DNA of 63,799 bases, the filler included, from Lama guanicoe (Eukaryota), in assembly GCA_013239625.1 (NCBI GenBank). It is 79 parts of 72 records of this genome, joined end to end, with 100 filler letters (N's around TTAATTAATTAA, not from the genome) between each part and the next. Parts side by side here need not be neighbours in the genome. Positions count along the whole stretch, not along the records: positions 36,611 to 37,536 come from PNXV01001985.1; positions 37,637 to 38,084 come from PNXV01001986.1; positions 38,185 to 39,048 come from PNXV01001987.1; positions 39,149 to 39,566 come from PNXV01001988.1; positions 39,667 to 40,276 come from PNXV01001997.1; positions 40,377 to 40,918 come from PNXV01002003.1; positions 41,019 to 41,854 come from PNXV01002004.1; positions 41,955 to 42,785 come from PNXV01002005.1; 71 more parts are not named here. The stretch is one strand, 5' to 3'. Positions 36,611-50,096 of this stretch are shown here, in pieces. A model generated the notes under the pieces. That model was not told where the DNA came from and searched no databases. It was given only the letters and a program-made list of their open reading frames with translations. Each line of letters starts with the position of its first letter. Position 1 is the stretch's first letter. The translations under genes were made by a program, and so were the position numbers.

Positions 36611-37536
36611 TCCTCCTACTCCACCTCCTCCACTCCTCCACATTCCTTTTTAGGTAGAGTAAGGTAGTATTGCTCTTCCTGGTCCTAGAAACCAGGAAGG
36701 AACTGAGCGTACTTTGAGATTCCATCGAAAGACTGCTTCTGGCTCTTTTCATTAGAGGCTAAATGCTGCACCAGTGGTAAGTCTACTTCCAGCTTGATTT
36801 ATCCAGTAAATTCTCCATAATTCAATTCTTGAACTCCTTGCAAGCTATCTGGAAGACTGGCAGCAATTACTTTCTTTGTTAATAGTTGCGTATGAAGTAG
36901 CTTTAATTAAGTATTATTTTGGAAATTAGAAACAATCTTGAGGATTATTTTAATAATCCTCCTCCATCCTCCTCCATCTCCTCCTCCTCCTCCACATCCT
37001 CCTCCTCCTCCACCACATCCTCCTCCTCCTCCACATCCTCCTCCTCATCATCCTCCTCCTCCTCCTCCTCCAACTCCTCCACCTCCTCCTCCAACGCTCC
37101 ACCTCCTCCTCCACCTCCTCCTACTCCTCCACATTCCTTTTTAGGTAGAGAAAGGTAGTACTGCTCTTCTTGGTCAAAGAAACCAGGAAAGAACTGAGCG
37201 TACTTTGAGATTCCATCGAAAGACTGCTTCTGGCTCTTTTCATTACAGGCTAAATGTTGCACCAGTGGTAAATCTACTTCCAGATTGATTTATCCAGTTA
37301 ATTCTCCATAATTCAATTCTGAAACTCCTTGCAGGCTATCTGGAAGACTGGCAGCAATTACTTTCTTTGTTAATAGTTGAGTATGAAGTAGCTTTAATTA
37401 AGTATTATTTTGGATTTTGGAAATACAATCTTGAGGATTATTTTAATAATCCTCCTCCTGCTCCACCTCCTTCTCCACCACCTCCTGCTCCACCTCCTCC
37501 TCTTCCTCCACCTCCTCCTCCACCTCCTCCTCCTCC
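36611..37536. repeat. ~491-bp tandem repeat: ~320-bp unique core plus (TCC/CCA)n tract
   Basis: ggtagag.aaggtagta at 36653 and 37144; three TCC tracts. Confidence 0.92.
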
Positions 37537-38184
37537 NNNNNNNNNNNNNNNNNNNNNNNNNNNNNNNNNNNNNNNNNNNNTTAATTAATTAANNNNNNNN
37601 NNNNNNNNNNNNNNNNNNNNNNNNNNNNNNNNNNNNTAAAATAACATATTCACAGATTTCAGGATTAGAACATGGATATAGGTAGAGGTCAGTGTGTTGC
37701 ACTATTCTGTTTATCAAACTGTTTAACATTTGATACTTTCTGACAAACGTATAAGATAGAAGATCCTGATCATGTTTAGAATGCTTCCTCTGCAAAATAT
37801 TGGGCACTGAGTTTATTTGAAAGGACTGAAAATAATATTACCACAGGAATGGTTTCCTAATTCTACTGACATTTACTTACTTTATACTTAAATACCCAAA
37901 ATGGTCAGCCAGGAGTGGGATCTTGGCAAATAAAATAAAAGTATAATTCAAGCTTTTATCACTGAATTTATTAGCTATCTATTTTAGAAACAGACAGAAA
38001 ATAAAACAATTTAGAGTAAGCCTCCTTACTTATAGATTAAGTGAAAATAAAGTTTTAAAAGCATGTCTGAATATGGGATAAAGTNNNNNNNNNNNNNNNN
38101 NNNNNNNNNNNNNNNNNNNNNNNNNNNNTTAATTAATTAANNNNNNNNNNNNNNNNNNNNNNNNNNNNNNNNNNNNNNNNNNNN

Positions 38185-38650
38185 GTGGTATATTTATACA
38201 ATGGAATACTGCTCAGTCATAAAAACCGACAACGTAACGCTATTTGCAGCAACATGGATGTTCCTGGAGGATGTCATTCTAAGTGAAGTAAGCCAGAAAG
38301 AGTAAGAAAAATACCGTATAAGATCGCTCATATGTGGAATCTAAAAAAAAAAAAAAGTAAAAAGAGAATTGGAAAGTTCAAGCCATTTGCATTTAGAGCA
38401 ATTACAGTTCCCAAAGTGGGCAGGGGGTGGGAAGGGATAGACGGGGATTTCAAAATGTAGAATAGATAAACAAGATTATACTGTATAGCACAGGGAAATA
38501 TATACAAGATCTTATGGTAGCTCACAGCGAAAAAAAAATGTGACAATGAATATATGTATGTTCATGTAGAACTGAAAAATTGTGCTCTACATTGGAAGTT
38601 GACACAACATTGTAAAATGACTATAACTCAATTTAAAAATGTTAAAAAAA
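38185..38650 (+). mobile_element. Young L1 3' end (ORF2 end, 3' UTR, A tail)
   Basis: acaatggaatactgctcag..tatgtggaatctaaaa..gactataactcaatttaaaaatgttaaaaaaa. Confidence 0.92.
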
Positions 38651-38884
38651 GACACAATCCAAGTAATATTTTGAATGTCTTAAAGTATTCTCAAATCTAT
38701 GAAAAATGTTGTAAACTCAGGATAAAATAAAACAGATTAACGGTATAGATATTAAAAAAAAGTTTTTTATTGAAGTGTAGTCGATTTACAATGTTAGTTT
38801 CATGTGTACAGCAATTTTTTTTATGTTTAGTGACCAACTCTTCTTTGTTTTAAAAATTTTTTCTTTTTTGTTAATTTTCTTTGA

Positions 38885-38992
38885 TGGCAGGGTTAAGTAG
38901 GTTTATTTCTTTTTAATGGAGGTTACAGGGGATTGAACCCAGAATGGGTTCAGTGCTAAGCATGCACTCTACCACAGAGCTATACCCTCCCC
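38885..38992 (-). mobile_element. tRNA-derived SINE (camelid vic-1-like)
   Basis: Minus strand GGGGAGGGTATAGCTCTGTGGTAGAG (A box)..GGTTCAATCCC (B box)..aataaaccta. Confidence 0.85.
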
Positions 38993-39148
38993 ACCAGATA
39001 TTTTTAAACCTATCAGATGAGAATTTTCATAGACATTTGGCACAAACCNNNNNNNNNNNNNNNNNNNNNNNNNNNNNNNNNNNNNNNNNNNNTTAATTAA
39101 TTAANNNNNNNNNNNNNNNNNNNNNNNNNNNNNNNNNNNNNNNNNNNN

Positions 39149-39566
39149 TCTGCTTGCCAACAGGCCCTAGGAGCTGCACAGATGAGGGCTCCAATGGTGG
39201 GCCTCTGGAAAAAGCAATGTGAGCTTCAAAAACAGGATGAATACAGAAAGAGTTCACATTACATTACACAGACTCCAGGACACACTGACCACCCCCTTGT
39301 TTTAATCTGTTTTTATCAGTTCCATTTTCTATTACCCTCTTAATTTTTAATTCTTAGGCAATTATATATACCCCCTTTTATATCCCATTGAAATTTTTTA
39401 AAAATATTTTTATTATTATTATTTTTCAAAACTCTGCTTCAACTTGCTCTTCTATTATGTATTATACATTGTCTTCAAACATTTATTTCCTGTTCTTTAA
39501 AATTCTTTGTCTCCCTGTCTCTTTTTTCTCTCTTTTAGTTGTATTACTACATAGGCATTAGGAAGT
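39149..39566 (+). mobile_element. Probable L1 5' UTR distal (AT-rich) part
   Basis: Transition to T-rich tracts typical of L1 sequence upstream of ORF1; not diagnostic. Confidence 0.4.
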
Positions 39567-41954
39567 NNNNNNNNNNNNNNNNNNNNNNNNNNNNNNNNNN
39601 NNNNNNNNNNTTAATTAATTAANNNNNNNNNNNNNNNNNNNNNNNNNNNNNNNNNNNNNNNNNNNNGAATGGGCTTGAGTAGGAAATCCACAAATGAAGA
39701 GGTACCTTTAGTAAATACATGAAGAGAAAGGCTCCAGCCCTCTGTTAATCAAACGGAAAGTCTGTAAAAATAGCAACACAGGAAAACAGGTTTGTAATTG
39801 TAACACCAAATGCTTTCTGAGTTATAGGCCAACCCGTCTTCTTCGCACAGTGACGGGAAATGATCCTTTTTGAAAACGGCTTGGTGTTACCATTGCAAGT
39901 ACCATGAAAATCCCCACACTCTTTGACCCAATAATCTCACTTTTTTTTTTTTGCGAAGAAAATAATAGAAGGGAAAGGCTACTTTAAGAAGATGGTCAAC
40001 ATTACATGATTTATAATAACCAGAAACTGAAAACAATCTAAACAATCTAAACCTCTGAACAAAGGGGGATGTTTAAGCAAATTAAAGAACATCAACTTAA
40101 TGGCCAATTTATGCAGCCATTGAAACGATAATTATGAAAACTCTGTAGCTACAGTGAAAAATATTTACAGTATAATGAAGAAAGCTGTAACAAAAACTGT
40201 AGTTGTGTTGTGATTAAAAATATGTCCGTGGACAGAAATAGACTCATGGACAGAGAAGAATACAGACTTGTGGTTANNNNNNNNNNNNNNNNNNNNNNNN
40301 NNNNNNNNNNNNNNNNNNNNTTAATTAATTAANNNNNNNNNNNNNNNNNNNNNNNNNNNNNNNNNNNNNNNNNNNNTAATTGTAACATTAATCATTACTT
40401 TCATATGTATACTGCTAGTATATATAGAAAATTAAGAACATAATATTCTATACATTCATATAAAAATATGTGTGTATTTTTAAATTAAATACAGTGATTT
40501 CTCATTTTTAATATAATTTTCTTATATTTAATGTAAGAAAAGTTAAGACTTCTTGGATATGTACAAAATTGAGAACATCTCAGAAAGAAATCAACTCTGC
40601 ATGTACAGAAAATCTGATGCTACAAATAGTACCAAAAACTGGAACGCTTGTGGGAAACGGAACTTAATTTAATCTTACAGAGAAATAATAAGATCATACT
40701 AACCATATGTACCACCAAGTAGAGGCACTGTCAGGGGTCACTGTAGGAGATACTGGTAAAGATTTATGAAAATCACGATCACGATGTCAGAGTCAACTTA
40801 ATGTTCAACTGCTGGTGCAAACTGAGGAAGTGCAGACTGTTTACTAGCAGTAGGAGGATGTGTAACAACTGTAGCTTTAATTTCATGAAAGAGACTTGAA
40901 AATTCACCATAGCTTTGTNNNNNNNNNNNNNNNNNNNNNNNNNNNNNNNNNNNNNNNNNNNNTTAATTAATTAANNNNNNNNNNNNNNNNNNNNNNNNNN
41001 NNNNNNNNNNNNNNNNNNAAGGAAAGGGAGGTAAGTGTCTTGGCAGATAAATATCTGTTACATAGACATACATCAGCAAAGAATTTCCTAGTGTAAAGAT
41101 CATGGATAAATTCTTCTTGGATAAATTCTGTATTCAGGTTTAAAGTTTAATTTGAGAATTGTTTGTGCTTCTTTTTTCTTCTTTAAGTCATCTAGCATCT
41201 TTCTGCAGTCCGTCCCCAGTGCTGCTCATTTGCTCCTGTATTTTAGGAAAGTTTTAGACAGACGGCTGGTGTCCATTTGTCACAGTTGAGTTTCACAGAA
41301 GTCTTTCCCTTTGCTTCTGCTCTGCCTCACGCCTCCCCTGCTCTGAAGTGTGACGTGTGCCACTGGTTTGCTCCTGCTTCTCCCAGTCTGAGAATTCTCA
41401 CCCACTGTTTCCCCCCGCCCCCTCCTCCTCCTTCTCCAGCTCTGTGTGTGTGTGTGTGTGTGTGTTCAGAACCATACCTAAAACTGTCCTGGCTCTAACG
41501 TGGCATGTTGGTGGCTAAGGCGGCCCTCTGGCATGTGTCTACCTGGTTCAGTTCCTTTACTTGCTATTGTACCTTGACATTTTGGGGGTAAAAGATTTTA
41601 ATTTTTATTTATTTATTGTAAGCACAAAAAATAATTTATCAGAAAATATAGAAGTTAAATTTGTCTAGATTTTAATGCACACACTGTAATGATTAGTAAT
41701 GTTTATGACATTAACTTTATTCTGTTGCCTTGGTATGTAAATGACTAGACTTTACACATTAGTTGGTAGCATTTAGGCTTCATATTTCACTTTCTTCTTC
41801 TGCCCCTTAACATTTTTAAATTAAATGGTTGTTAGATACTTATGAAATGGATTGNNNNNNNNNNNNNNNNNNNNNNNNNNNNNNNNNNNNNNNNNNNNTT
41901 AATTAATTAANNNNNNNNNNNNNNNNNNNNNNNNNNNNNNNNNNNNNNNNNNNN

Positions 41955-42785
41955 AGGCTACTTCCCCCAGCTTCTTTGTATACTTTGTGGTATTTTGTTG
42001 AGACTTGGGCATTCGAAAAAACAGATGTGATTTTAGCAAAGTTGCAGGATATAAGGTTGATATACAAAAGTTAATTGCCTTCCTATATGCCAGCAATGAA
42101 CAAGTATAATATGGCATTAAATCCACAATATCATTTATATTAGTGACCAATAAAATGAAATACTTAGGTATAAATTTACCTAAGATTTACAAGATCTATA
42201 TGAGGAAAACTACAAAATACTGACAAAAGAAATCAAACAAGACCTTAATAAATGGACAGGATGACTCAGTATTTTCAAACTGTTACTATTAGTTCTTCCT
42301 CCCAATCAAAATCTCAGCAAACTATTTCATGGATATATATATAGAAACTGACTTTAAAGTTTATATGAAGAGGCAAAAGATCCAGAACATCCAACACAAT
42401 ATCACAGAACAATGAAGTTGGAAGAGTGACACTCTCTGACTTCAAGACTTACTATAAAGCTACAGTAATCGAGGCAGTGTGGTTTTGACAAAGTAATAGA
42501 CAAATGAATCAATGGAGCACAACAGAAAGCCGAGAAACAGACCCACATAAATATAGTCAACTGCTCATCAGTGAAGAAGCAATGGCAAATGGCGCTGGAA
42601 TAGCTGGACATCCACACTTTGAAAAATGAATCTAGACATTGACCTTAGAGCCTTCACAAAAAATAACTCAAAGTGGGTCACAGGACTAAATGTAAAACAA
42701 CAGACTAGGTAAATATAAAATAAAAGTCCTAGAAGGTAACATAGGAGGAAGTCTCAATGACCTTGGGTATGGCAATGCAATACCC
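41955..42785 (+). mobile_element. Old L1 ORF2 fragment (42024 onward), preceded by a short antisense L1-like piece (41955-42020)
   Basis: agcaaagttgcaggatataag..aaatacttaggtataaatt..gacttcaagacttactataaagctacagtaatc. Confidence 0.85.
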
Positions 42786-42885
42786 NNNNNNNNNNNNNNN
42801 NNNNNNNNNNNNNNNNNNNNNNNNNNNNNTTAATTAATTAANNNNNNNNNNNNNNNNNNNNNNNNNNNNNNNNNNNNNNNNNNNN

Positions 42886-43497
42886 GGAGACGAGCTTAGT
42901 AAATCCGTTAGAACTCACGCGCTGCCGACCTTTGATGGAACCCACCGACTCTCAGGATTCCGGAAAAATTCTCAGTGCGTGGGGGAGCCCGAGAGACAAC
43001 TCCACGCAGCTCTCTTCAGTCACAGGTGTTCCCTATTCGGGTGAAGTCAGAGAAATACATTCCTTAACTTTGGGGTCGCAACCGCTGACCCTGGGAATTC
43101 AGCGCAGATCCCTAGCATTACCTTGCATCCAGACATTAGTAAAACCCTCAGGGGAGACGAGCTTATGCAATCCGTTAGAACCCATGCACTGCCGATCGTT
43201 GGTGGAACCTTCCCATGCTCAGGATTCGGGAACAATTGTCAGTGTGTGGGGGAGCTCGAGAGACAACTCCACGCAGATCTCTTCTGTCACAGGTGTTCCC
43301 TGTTCGTGGGAATTCAGAGAAATAAATTTCTTGACCTTGGGATTGCAGCCGCTGACCGTGGGAATTGCAGCGCAGTTCTCTATCATTCCCTGGCAGCCAG
43401 AAATTAGGAAAACACTCAGGGGAGACTAGTTTATGCAATCCGTTACACCACACGCGCTGCCGACCGTTGGTGGAACATCCCCACGCTCAGGATTCCG
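42886..43497 (+). repeat. Satellite family A, divergent subfamily
   Basis: ggagac.ag.tta at 42886, ~43153, ~43421; distinct gccgctgacc.tgggaatt segment. Confidence 0.92.
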
Positions 43498-43597
43498 NNN
43501 NNNNNNNNNNNNNNNNNNNNNNNNNNNNNNNNNNNNNNNNNTTAATTAATTAANNNNNNNNNNNNNNNNNNNNNNNNNNNNNNNNNNNNNNNNNNNN

Positions 43598-44070
43598 CCC
43601 ATGGGCTGAACTGATAAACAAGCTGTGAGGAATGTCACATATCGAGACTGGATAAGAAATGCCCTACTCAATGTATCCATTATGGATGGCTGGATAGCCT
43701 ATGCTGGGTAAGATCCTCAGAGGAGGACAACCTAAGACAGGCACAGACGGCTGGGTAAGAGATGGCCTACTTAATGAAGTTCCGTGATGAATTTTAAAAC
43801 AATCCTTGATCATTTAACATCCATTACTGCAGGAGCATGGGAACATAAATACTTAAGATTATTAACATTGTTATAACTTAGATTATATGTGAGGCATTGT
43901 GCAATTCCTATATAAACCCTTCTTCTAAGAATCAAAAAACGGAGAACTGCTTCGTTTCGTTTCACATATTGTGCGTAATTGATATCGTGCCACTGACAGG
44001 GTTAATTTATTTGTTGGGAGCATCTTAAAAGTATGTTGCATTATATACAATGCTATTTCTGAACCTATTG
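43598..44070 (+). mobile_element. Possible ERV (class II-like) 3'/LTR fragment
   Basis: gctgggtaagatcctcagaggaggacaacctaagacaggcacag motif and downstream TATATAAA; recognised from memory only. Confidence 0.35.
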
Positions 44071-44514
44071 NNNNNNNNNNNNNNNNNNNNNNNNNNNNNN
44101 NNNNNNNNNNNNNNTTAATTAATTAANNNNNNNNNNNNNNNNNNNNNNNNNNNNNNNNNNNNNNNNNNNNCAAGCTGGCCACAGCCCATAAGAATCTGTT
44201 CCCCCGCCAAGAGGCCACGAGTGATTGTGAGTAGGGCTTCAGGCCTATGAAGCAGCATGGCTTGGACTGCATTCTGGCCCTGGGCGCGCGAGCTCCATGC
44301 CCTTGGTTGAGTCAGTTAGCATCTCTAAGCTAAGTTTCCTTATCAGTAAAATGAAGACATATCAATATGGAAAAAAAATCAGACTCGGGGGGGAATAAAT
44401 TTCTGGTGACTGAAGAAAGATTTTTTTAATTTTGAATTATACAGCGAAAGACATCATACAAATTTTACTACTTCAGAATTCTAAAGGACAGATTCTACTG
44501 TTAAAACTAATGCA

Positions 44515-44679
44515 TGCACATACACACACACGTGCAGACAAGCTGACTCTGCTCCACATTACTTCCCTACACACACACGTACATAGACTCATGTACCACA
44601 CACACACATACCATACACACAAACACACACGTCCTCAGGCGCACACACAAACATAGCATACTCACAACCACAAACATCC
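44515..44679. repeat. Degenerate (CA)n tract
   Basis: Read directly. Confidence 0.8.
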
Positions 44680-46059
44680 NNNNNNNNNNNNNNNNNNNNN
44701 NNNNNNNNNNNNNNNNNNNNNNNTTAATTAATTAANNNNNNNNNNNNNNNNNNNNNNNNNNNNNNNNNNNNNNNNNNNNCCCTGCGGGACTGTGGCTGTA
44801 GGTGGGGAGCAAGTGATGGTGAAACTGGCCCACCTGCTTTTTCTCCTGGCTTTCCCCTGAAGATTTTGATTGTATAAATGTACTCAGATCTAGACACAGG
44901 TATTTAGAAATACTTCCCTGAGATTCTGATACAACCCTTGGTTAAGGACTATTGAATGGATTCGTGTAATACATGTAATTCCACAAATCTCAAAAGTAAG
45001 ACATCTCTGGAAGAGCAGGGGTTTGATAGATGCTGCTTCTTTCAGTGCTCTCCTTTCCAGCCGTGTTAGCCTGACTTTTATCCATCTCTTCCTGGCAATA
45101 TTACCGGCAGCATCTATTGCCTTGAAGAATGGCTCCTTTTCCCTTCTAACCACTGATCATTCAGTGGCACTCAGACAGTCTTAGAAACTTGCTTGTGGTG
45201 AGTGATTCAATAAGTAGAGTCGGACCCTTTAAAGATTTTGCACCTTTTGTTCCCATCCAGGTCATTAGGTCAACAGGGTTTTTCTGATTGCAGTAATAGG
45301 AAATCATGAGCCTTCTTTTGGTTAAAGCTGTGNNNNNNNNNNNNNNNNNNNNNNNNNNNNNNNNNNNNNNNNNNNNNNNNNNNNNNNNNNNNNNNNNNNN
45401 NNNNNNNNNNNNNNNNNNNNNNNNNNNNNNNNNNNNNNNNNNNNNNNNNNNNNNNNNNNNNNTTATATGTATCATATATATATATGTGTATATATTCTTA
45501 TTCAGTTATATGTACATTCTTATATAGATAGATACACACACACACACATACACACACATATATTCTTTTCCATTATGGTTTATTACAGGATATTGAGTNN
45601 NNNNNNNNNNNNNNNNNNNNNNNNNNNNNNNNNNNNNNNNNNTTAATTAATTAANNNNNNNNNNNNNNNNNNNNNNNNNNNNNNNNNNNNNNNNNNNNTG
45701 TATGCCAGTCAGCATCTCCAAATCTCGAACTCCCAGTTTCCCACTTTCCAAACCCCTCCCCTAGTTTCATTTCTGTATACCTCTATTTATCCTCAGGAAT
45801 TAACTGACATATGTTGTTCACTTTTTCTAGGTAAAAATTCCATCCTTTACAGTTTGTATTCTGGCCTAAACATTGGTAGAATCAATGATATGGGAGAATG
45901 TCCACTATTACAAAAAAGTAGGTGGAAATACAGTAGATCTACCGCTGTGTAACCCAAGTCACTGAAACAGAAATACCTAACAAAAGTGAGAAGAGTATTT
46001 ATCAAGCTCCCTAAATGGGCTGAAAGTAGGTAACCACGGACCTTCCCACTCAAGAAATG

Positions 46060-46203
46060 GTTCCTGAGAAGAACAGGAAGGCAAATCTATGTGTGTACCC
46101 GCATGGCTGGCACACGATGCTGGACACCAGAAACTGACACATGGTAACTGACTGTACTTCAATTGAAAGGTAAATAAATAAATAAATAAACAAATAAATA
46201 AAA
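46060..46203 (+). mobile_element. 5'-truncated L1 3' end with (AAAT)n tail
   Basis: acaccagaaactgacacatggtaactgactgtacttcaatt followed by (aaat)n. Confidence 0.7.
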
Positions 46204-47082
46204 TATTTTTTAAGAAAGAAAAAAGGAAAGCTCCCTGAGGGTAACTGGATAGAAGTTACCCTTCCCATGGAGCTAATTCTGTAGCAACTGGTTTGGCTCT
46301 ATTTTCTCTAATAGAGCCACTCATAAAATCTTCCAAATGAAATTAGTTTCTTTCAAATTACAAATGAATTTATGATGATCATTNNNNNNNNNNNNNNNNN
46401 NNNNNNNNNNNNNNNNNNNNNNNNNNNTTAATTAATTAANNNNNNNNNNNNNNNNNNNNNNNNNNNNNNNNNNNNNNNNNNNNTAATGGACATTGGGCTA
46501 TTCTGAAGCATTAAGCAAAGAAATCAAAATAACGTTGTTTAAGCCTTCCGTTACAAACAGGAAAGTTAAGACTGTAAGAAGGTGCAACAGCGCCACCTAT
46601 GGCTAAAAAGACCTTCCAGGTTGGCAGGAAAGATGCAACAAAAAAATTGCCTGTAGGATCAGAAACGAGAATCAGATAACTAAAAGCTTATTTAGCACAT
46701 ACTGCACTTTGCTTCCGGGGAAAGGTGGGATGTTCAGTATTTAATCTCATATTGCTAATACTCCTGAATATAAACAGAAGTCATAGGCTCATGGAAACTC
46801 ATCTTAAGAAGAGGAAAGAATCCAGTCCAGCCACTTCATTTTGCAGGAGGGGAAACTGAGACATGGGATCTGTCCTCCTGGCAATCAGCAGCAAACCTCT
46901 CCTAGGCCTCATGTCTTGCACTGTAGCAAAAGTACTGTACTAGGCACTATATTCATAAAAGTCACGTTTGTATTTTTCCAACNNNNNNNNNNNNNNNNNN
47001 NNNNNNNNNNNNNNNNNNNNNNNNNNTTAATTAATTAANNNNNNNNNNNNNNNNNNNNNNNNNNNNNNNNNNNNNNNNNNNN

Positions 47083-47682
47083 AATTCAACCAATCTAAAG
47101 GCTGGTTTTTCAAAAAAGTTTGTAAAATCGAGAAAACTCTGGCAAAACTCAAAAAGAAGAAAGAGAGTGAGCACATATAAGCAAAATAAGAAAGGAGAAT
47201 GTAGAAATTACAACAAATAAAATAAAAATAAAAATATCATACGAGAATATTATGAAGAGTATATGGAACCAAACTGTATAACAAGAAGAGATGTAGAAGT
47301 TTCTGAAAACATACTGTCCACCAAGACTGAATCAAGAAGAAACTGACCCCTTGAACAAGCAGAGCACTAGACAGGAAATCAAAATAGCAATATAAAACCT
47401 CCCTACAAATAACAGTCCAGGACCGGACGGCTTCTCTGGTAAATTCTACAAAACATAAAAAGAAGATCTCATACCAGTCCTCAAATTCCGTCAGAAGATT
47501 AAAAAGTGAGGAATACTCCCAAACTCATTCTATGAAGCCAAAATCACCCTGATACAACAACCAGGCAAAGACACTACCGAAAAAGAGGATAATAGGCCAA
47601 TATCACTGATGAACACAGACGATAAATTCCTCACCCAAAGAGAAGCAAATAGAATTCAACAACACAGAAAAATGATTATACA
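47083..47682 (+). mobile_element. L1 ORF2 fragment (Z domain / RT N-terminus)
   Basis: Homologous to 34261-34580. Confidence 0.93.
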
Positions 47683-47782
47683 NNNNNNNNNNNNNNNNNN
47701 NNNNNNNNNNNNNNNNNNNNNNNNNNTTAATTAATTAANNNNNNNNNNNNNNNNNNNNNNNNNNNNNNNNNNNNNNNNNNNN

Positions 47783-48023
47783 TTTGCAAATGAAGCCGAG
47801 AAAGGCTTGATCTCAAGAGTATATAAGCAGCTCATCCACTGAATAAGAAAAAATAAACAACCCAATCCAAAATTGGGTAGAAGACCTAAACAAGCAATTC
47901 TCCAACGAAGACATCCATATTATCAAAAGGCACATCAGAAAATGTTCAATATCACTGATTATTAGAGAAATGCAAATCAAAACTGAAGTGAGGTATCACC
48001 TCACACCAGTCAGAATGGCCATC
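47783..48023 (+). mobile_element. L1 ORF2 C-terminal fragment
   Basis: Homologous to 3819-3995. Confidence 0.92.
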
Positions 48024-49567
48024 NNNNNNNNNNNNNNNNNNNNNNNNNNNNNNNNNNNNNNNNNNNNTTAATTAATTAANNNNNNNNNNNNNNNNNNNNN
48101 NNNNNNNNNNNNNNNNNNNNNNNAACTGATCTTGCTTTCTGTGATCATTAGCTACATCATGTTTATTGAGCCAACAATCATATTGAGCTACTGAATTTAT
48201 TTCATCGGATTTTAGAATGCAGAACACATTTCAGGCCCACTTATAGCACCATATGGGCATCTTTAAGGATATATACATATGATGATGTCTTTATTATAAG
48301 TACCTTATTTTATTTTAAGTACCAACTGCTGTTAACCTCATTAAGGAAATCTTGGAACTGCAGAAATGATACTACCATCATCCCGTAGCATCTCCTTTGC
48401 ACTTAGATGTTGTGTGGCAGAATATTTTTCTGCTCCCTAGAAATGATCAATGTTGAAGGGGAAAAACCCTCCTCTAATAAATATAGTCCAAATCACACAC
48501 TTATCTGAAAAATGGCCACCATTTTAGTCCACACCAATCCATCTACTCATACTGACTCAGAGTCCTCAACACAGACAATCCACCCCTGAAGTCAGGGTCC
48601 TCAGCACACGTTCTATCCCCTCCCCATTCCTTGTTGATTCTGACCTACTTTTGTCCAACGCATCCTGCCAGGCCCTTTGCTGCCTGACTGCAGTTTCTAA
48701 TTTTTACCTTTGAGTTCCAGACTGCGCCTAGTGATTTCCAGAGAAACGCCAGACACCTGACTCATCAGGACGGGTGGGGAGGATTTCAGGAAGCTGTTAC
48801 CCTAACTCACTTGCAGATCAGTTAGTGGCTATTGCGAGCATTCCTTCTAGATCTCTGACATGCCTGCTGCATCCACCCCAGCAAAATAACGTAGTTCCTC
48901 CAACCACCTCTGCCTCCATTCATNNNNNNNNNNNNNNNNNNNNNNNNNNNNNNNNNNNNNNNNNNNNTTAATTAATTAANNNNNNNNNNNNNNNNNNNNN
49001 NNNNNNNNNNNNNNNNNNNNNNNCTTTATATAACTACTTTCTAGATAAATGATTAAATTTTGGGTTTTTTAAATCATTTTCTTCTTAAAAATAGAATATT
49101 AATTACACAATATGTATTTTCCTTCAAGTTCATACTTTCTTCCCTAAACTATCTTGACTTGTTTAGATAAGTTAACCCATAGTCTGATTTATTTTAAAAA
49201 CTCAGTATGTTCTTCTGTCTGTTGCTTTATTAGAGAGCAAGAATTCCTTATTATTTTTATTTTAATAAAATATACTTTCAGGAAACTATACTGGGATTCT
49301 TTCATTCACAGAGTCAAGCAATGATTCCTGTTTTGTTAGATCAGGTGTCTAAGCCTCTCAACTTCCAAAAGATTAAATGGACAAAGTTAAAAAATGCCAT
49401 AAATGATCAACTAAGTACGTTTATTGTGTTCCTTGATTAAAAGTATAAATATGGTTCAGCCTTAAATNNNNNNNNNNNNNNNNNNNNNNNNNNNNNNNNN
49501 NNNNNNNNNNNTTAATTAATTAANNNNNNNNNNNNNNNNNNNNNNNNNNNNNNNNNNNNNNNNNNNN

Positions 49568-49996
49568 GTGTTCTGGAATTCTGAGTGCAGGGAAGTTCCT
49601 CCAACTGAAAACAGCGACTGGGTTCTAATTGAATCCCTCTGCTTGTCTTCCCTCATGGAAAGCCTAGGCGGGAGTGCGGGGGACAGTGTGGTTTGGGCTC
49701 CGAATCCAAGTATTTGCGATGACCTCTCTATGGTTTGTGGAGGTGTTTAAACTACATCCCTAACCTGGGAACACCTGTGAACATAAAGATCCGTGGAGTC
49801 TGTTTCCACACCTCCAGCACACACTCGATCACTTGTACAGTTATCCTGAGAGTGGGCAGCCTCCTCCAACTGAGAGCAGGGCCTTGGTTCTTAGAAAATC
49901 GCTTAACTTGTCTACCGTGTTTGGATGCCTGATACGGAGTACTGGGCAAAGGGTGGGTTGGGCTCTATATCCAAGTAATAGCGAGTGCTTCTCCAT
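49568..49996 (-). repeat. Diverged A-related satellite ('D'), reverse complement of 2700-3009 plus upstream sequence
   Basis: gtgttctggaattctgagtgcagggaagttcctccaactga is the reverse complement of 2968-3008. Confidence 0.9.
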
Positions 49997-50096
49997 NNNN
50001 NNNNNNNNNNNNNNNNNNNNNNNNNNNNNNNNNNNNNNNNTTAATTAATTAANNNNNNNNNNNNNNNNNNNNNNNNNNNNNNNNNNNNNNNNNNNN

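Noticed and set aside
36919..37592. Poly-Ser/Pro/Glu proteins
   Set aside because: TCC microsatellite read in different frames; not conserved between the two repeat units
40700..40918. Possible minus-strand exon (QSYGEFSSLFHEIK..)
   Set aside because: In-frame stop and no recognisable homologue
44890..45153. 87-aa minus-strand ORF
   Set aside because: No recognisable motif or splice context; cannot be supported without a search
48340..48440. Possible minus-strand terminal exon (GAEKYSATQHL..PRFP*)
   Set aside because: Only a weak acceptor and a short frame; unidentifiable
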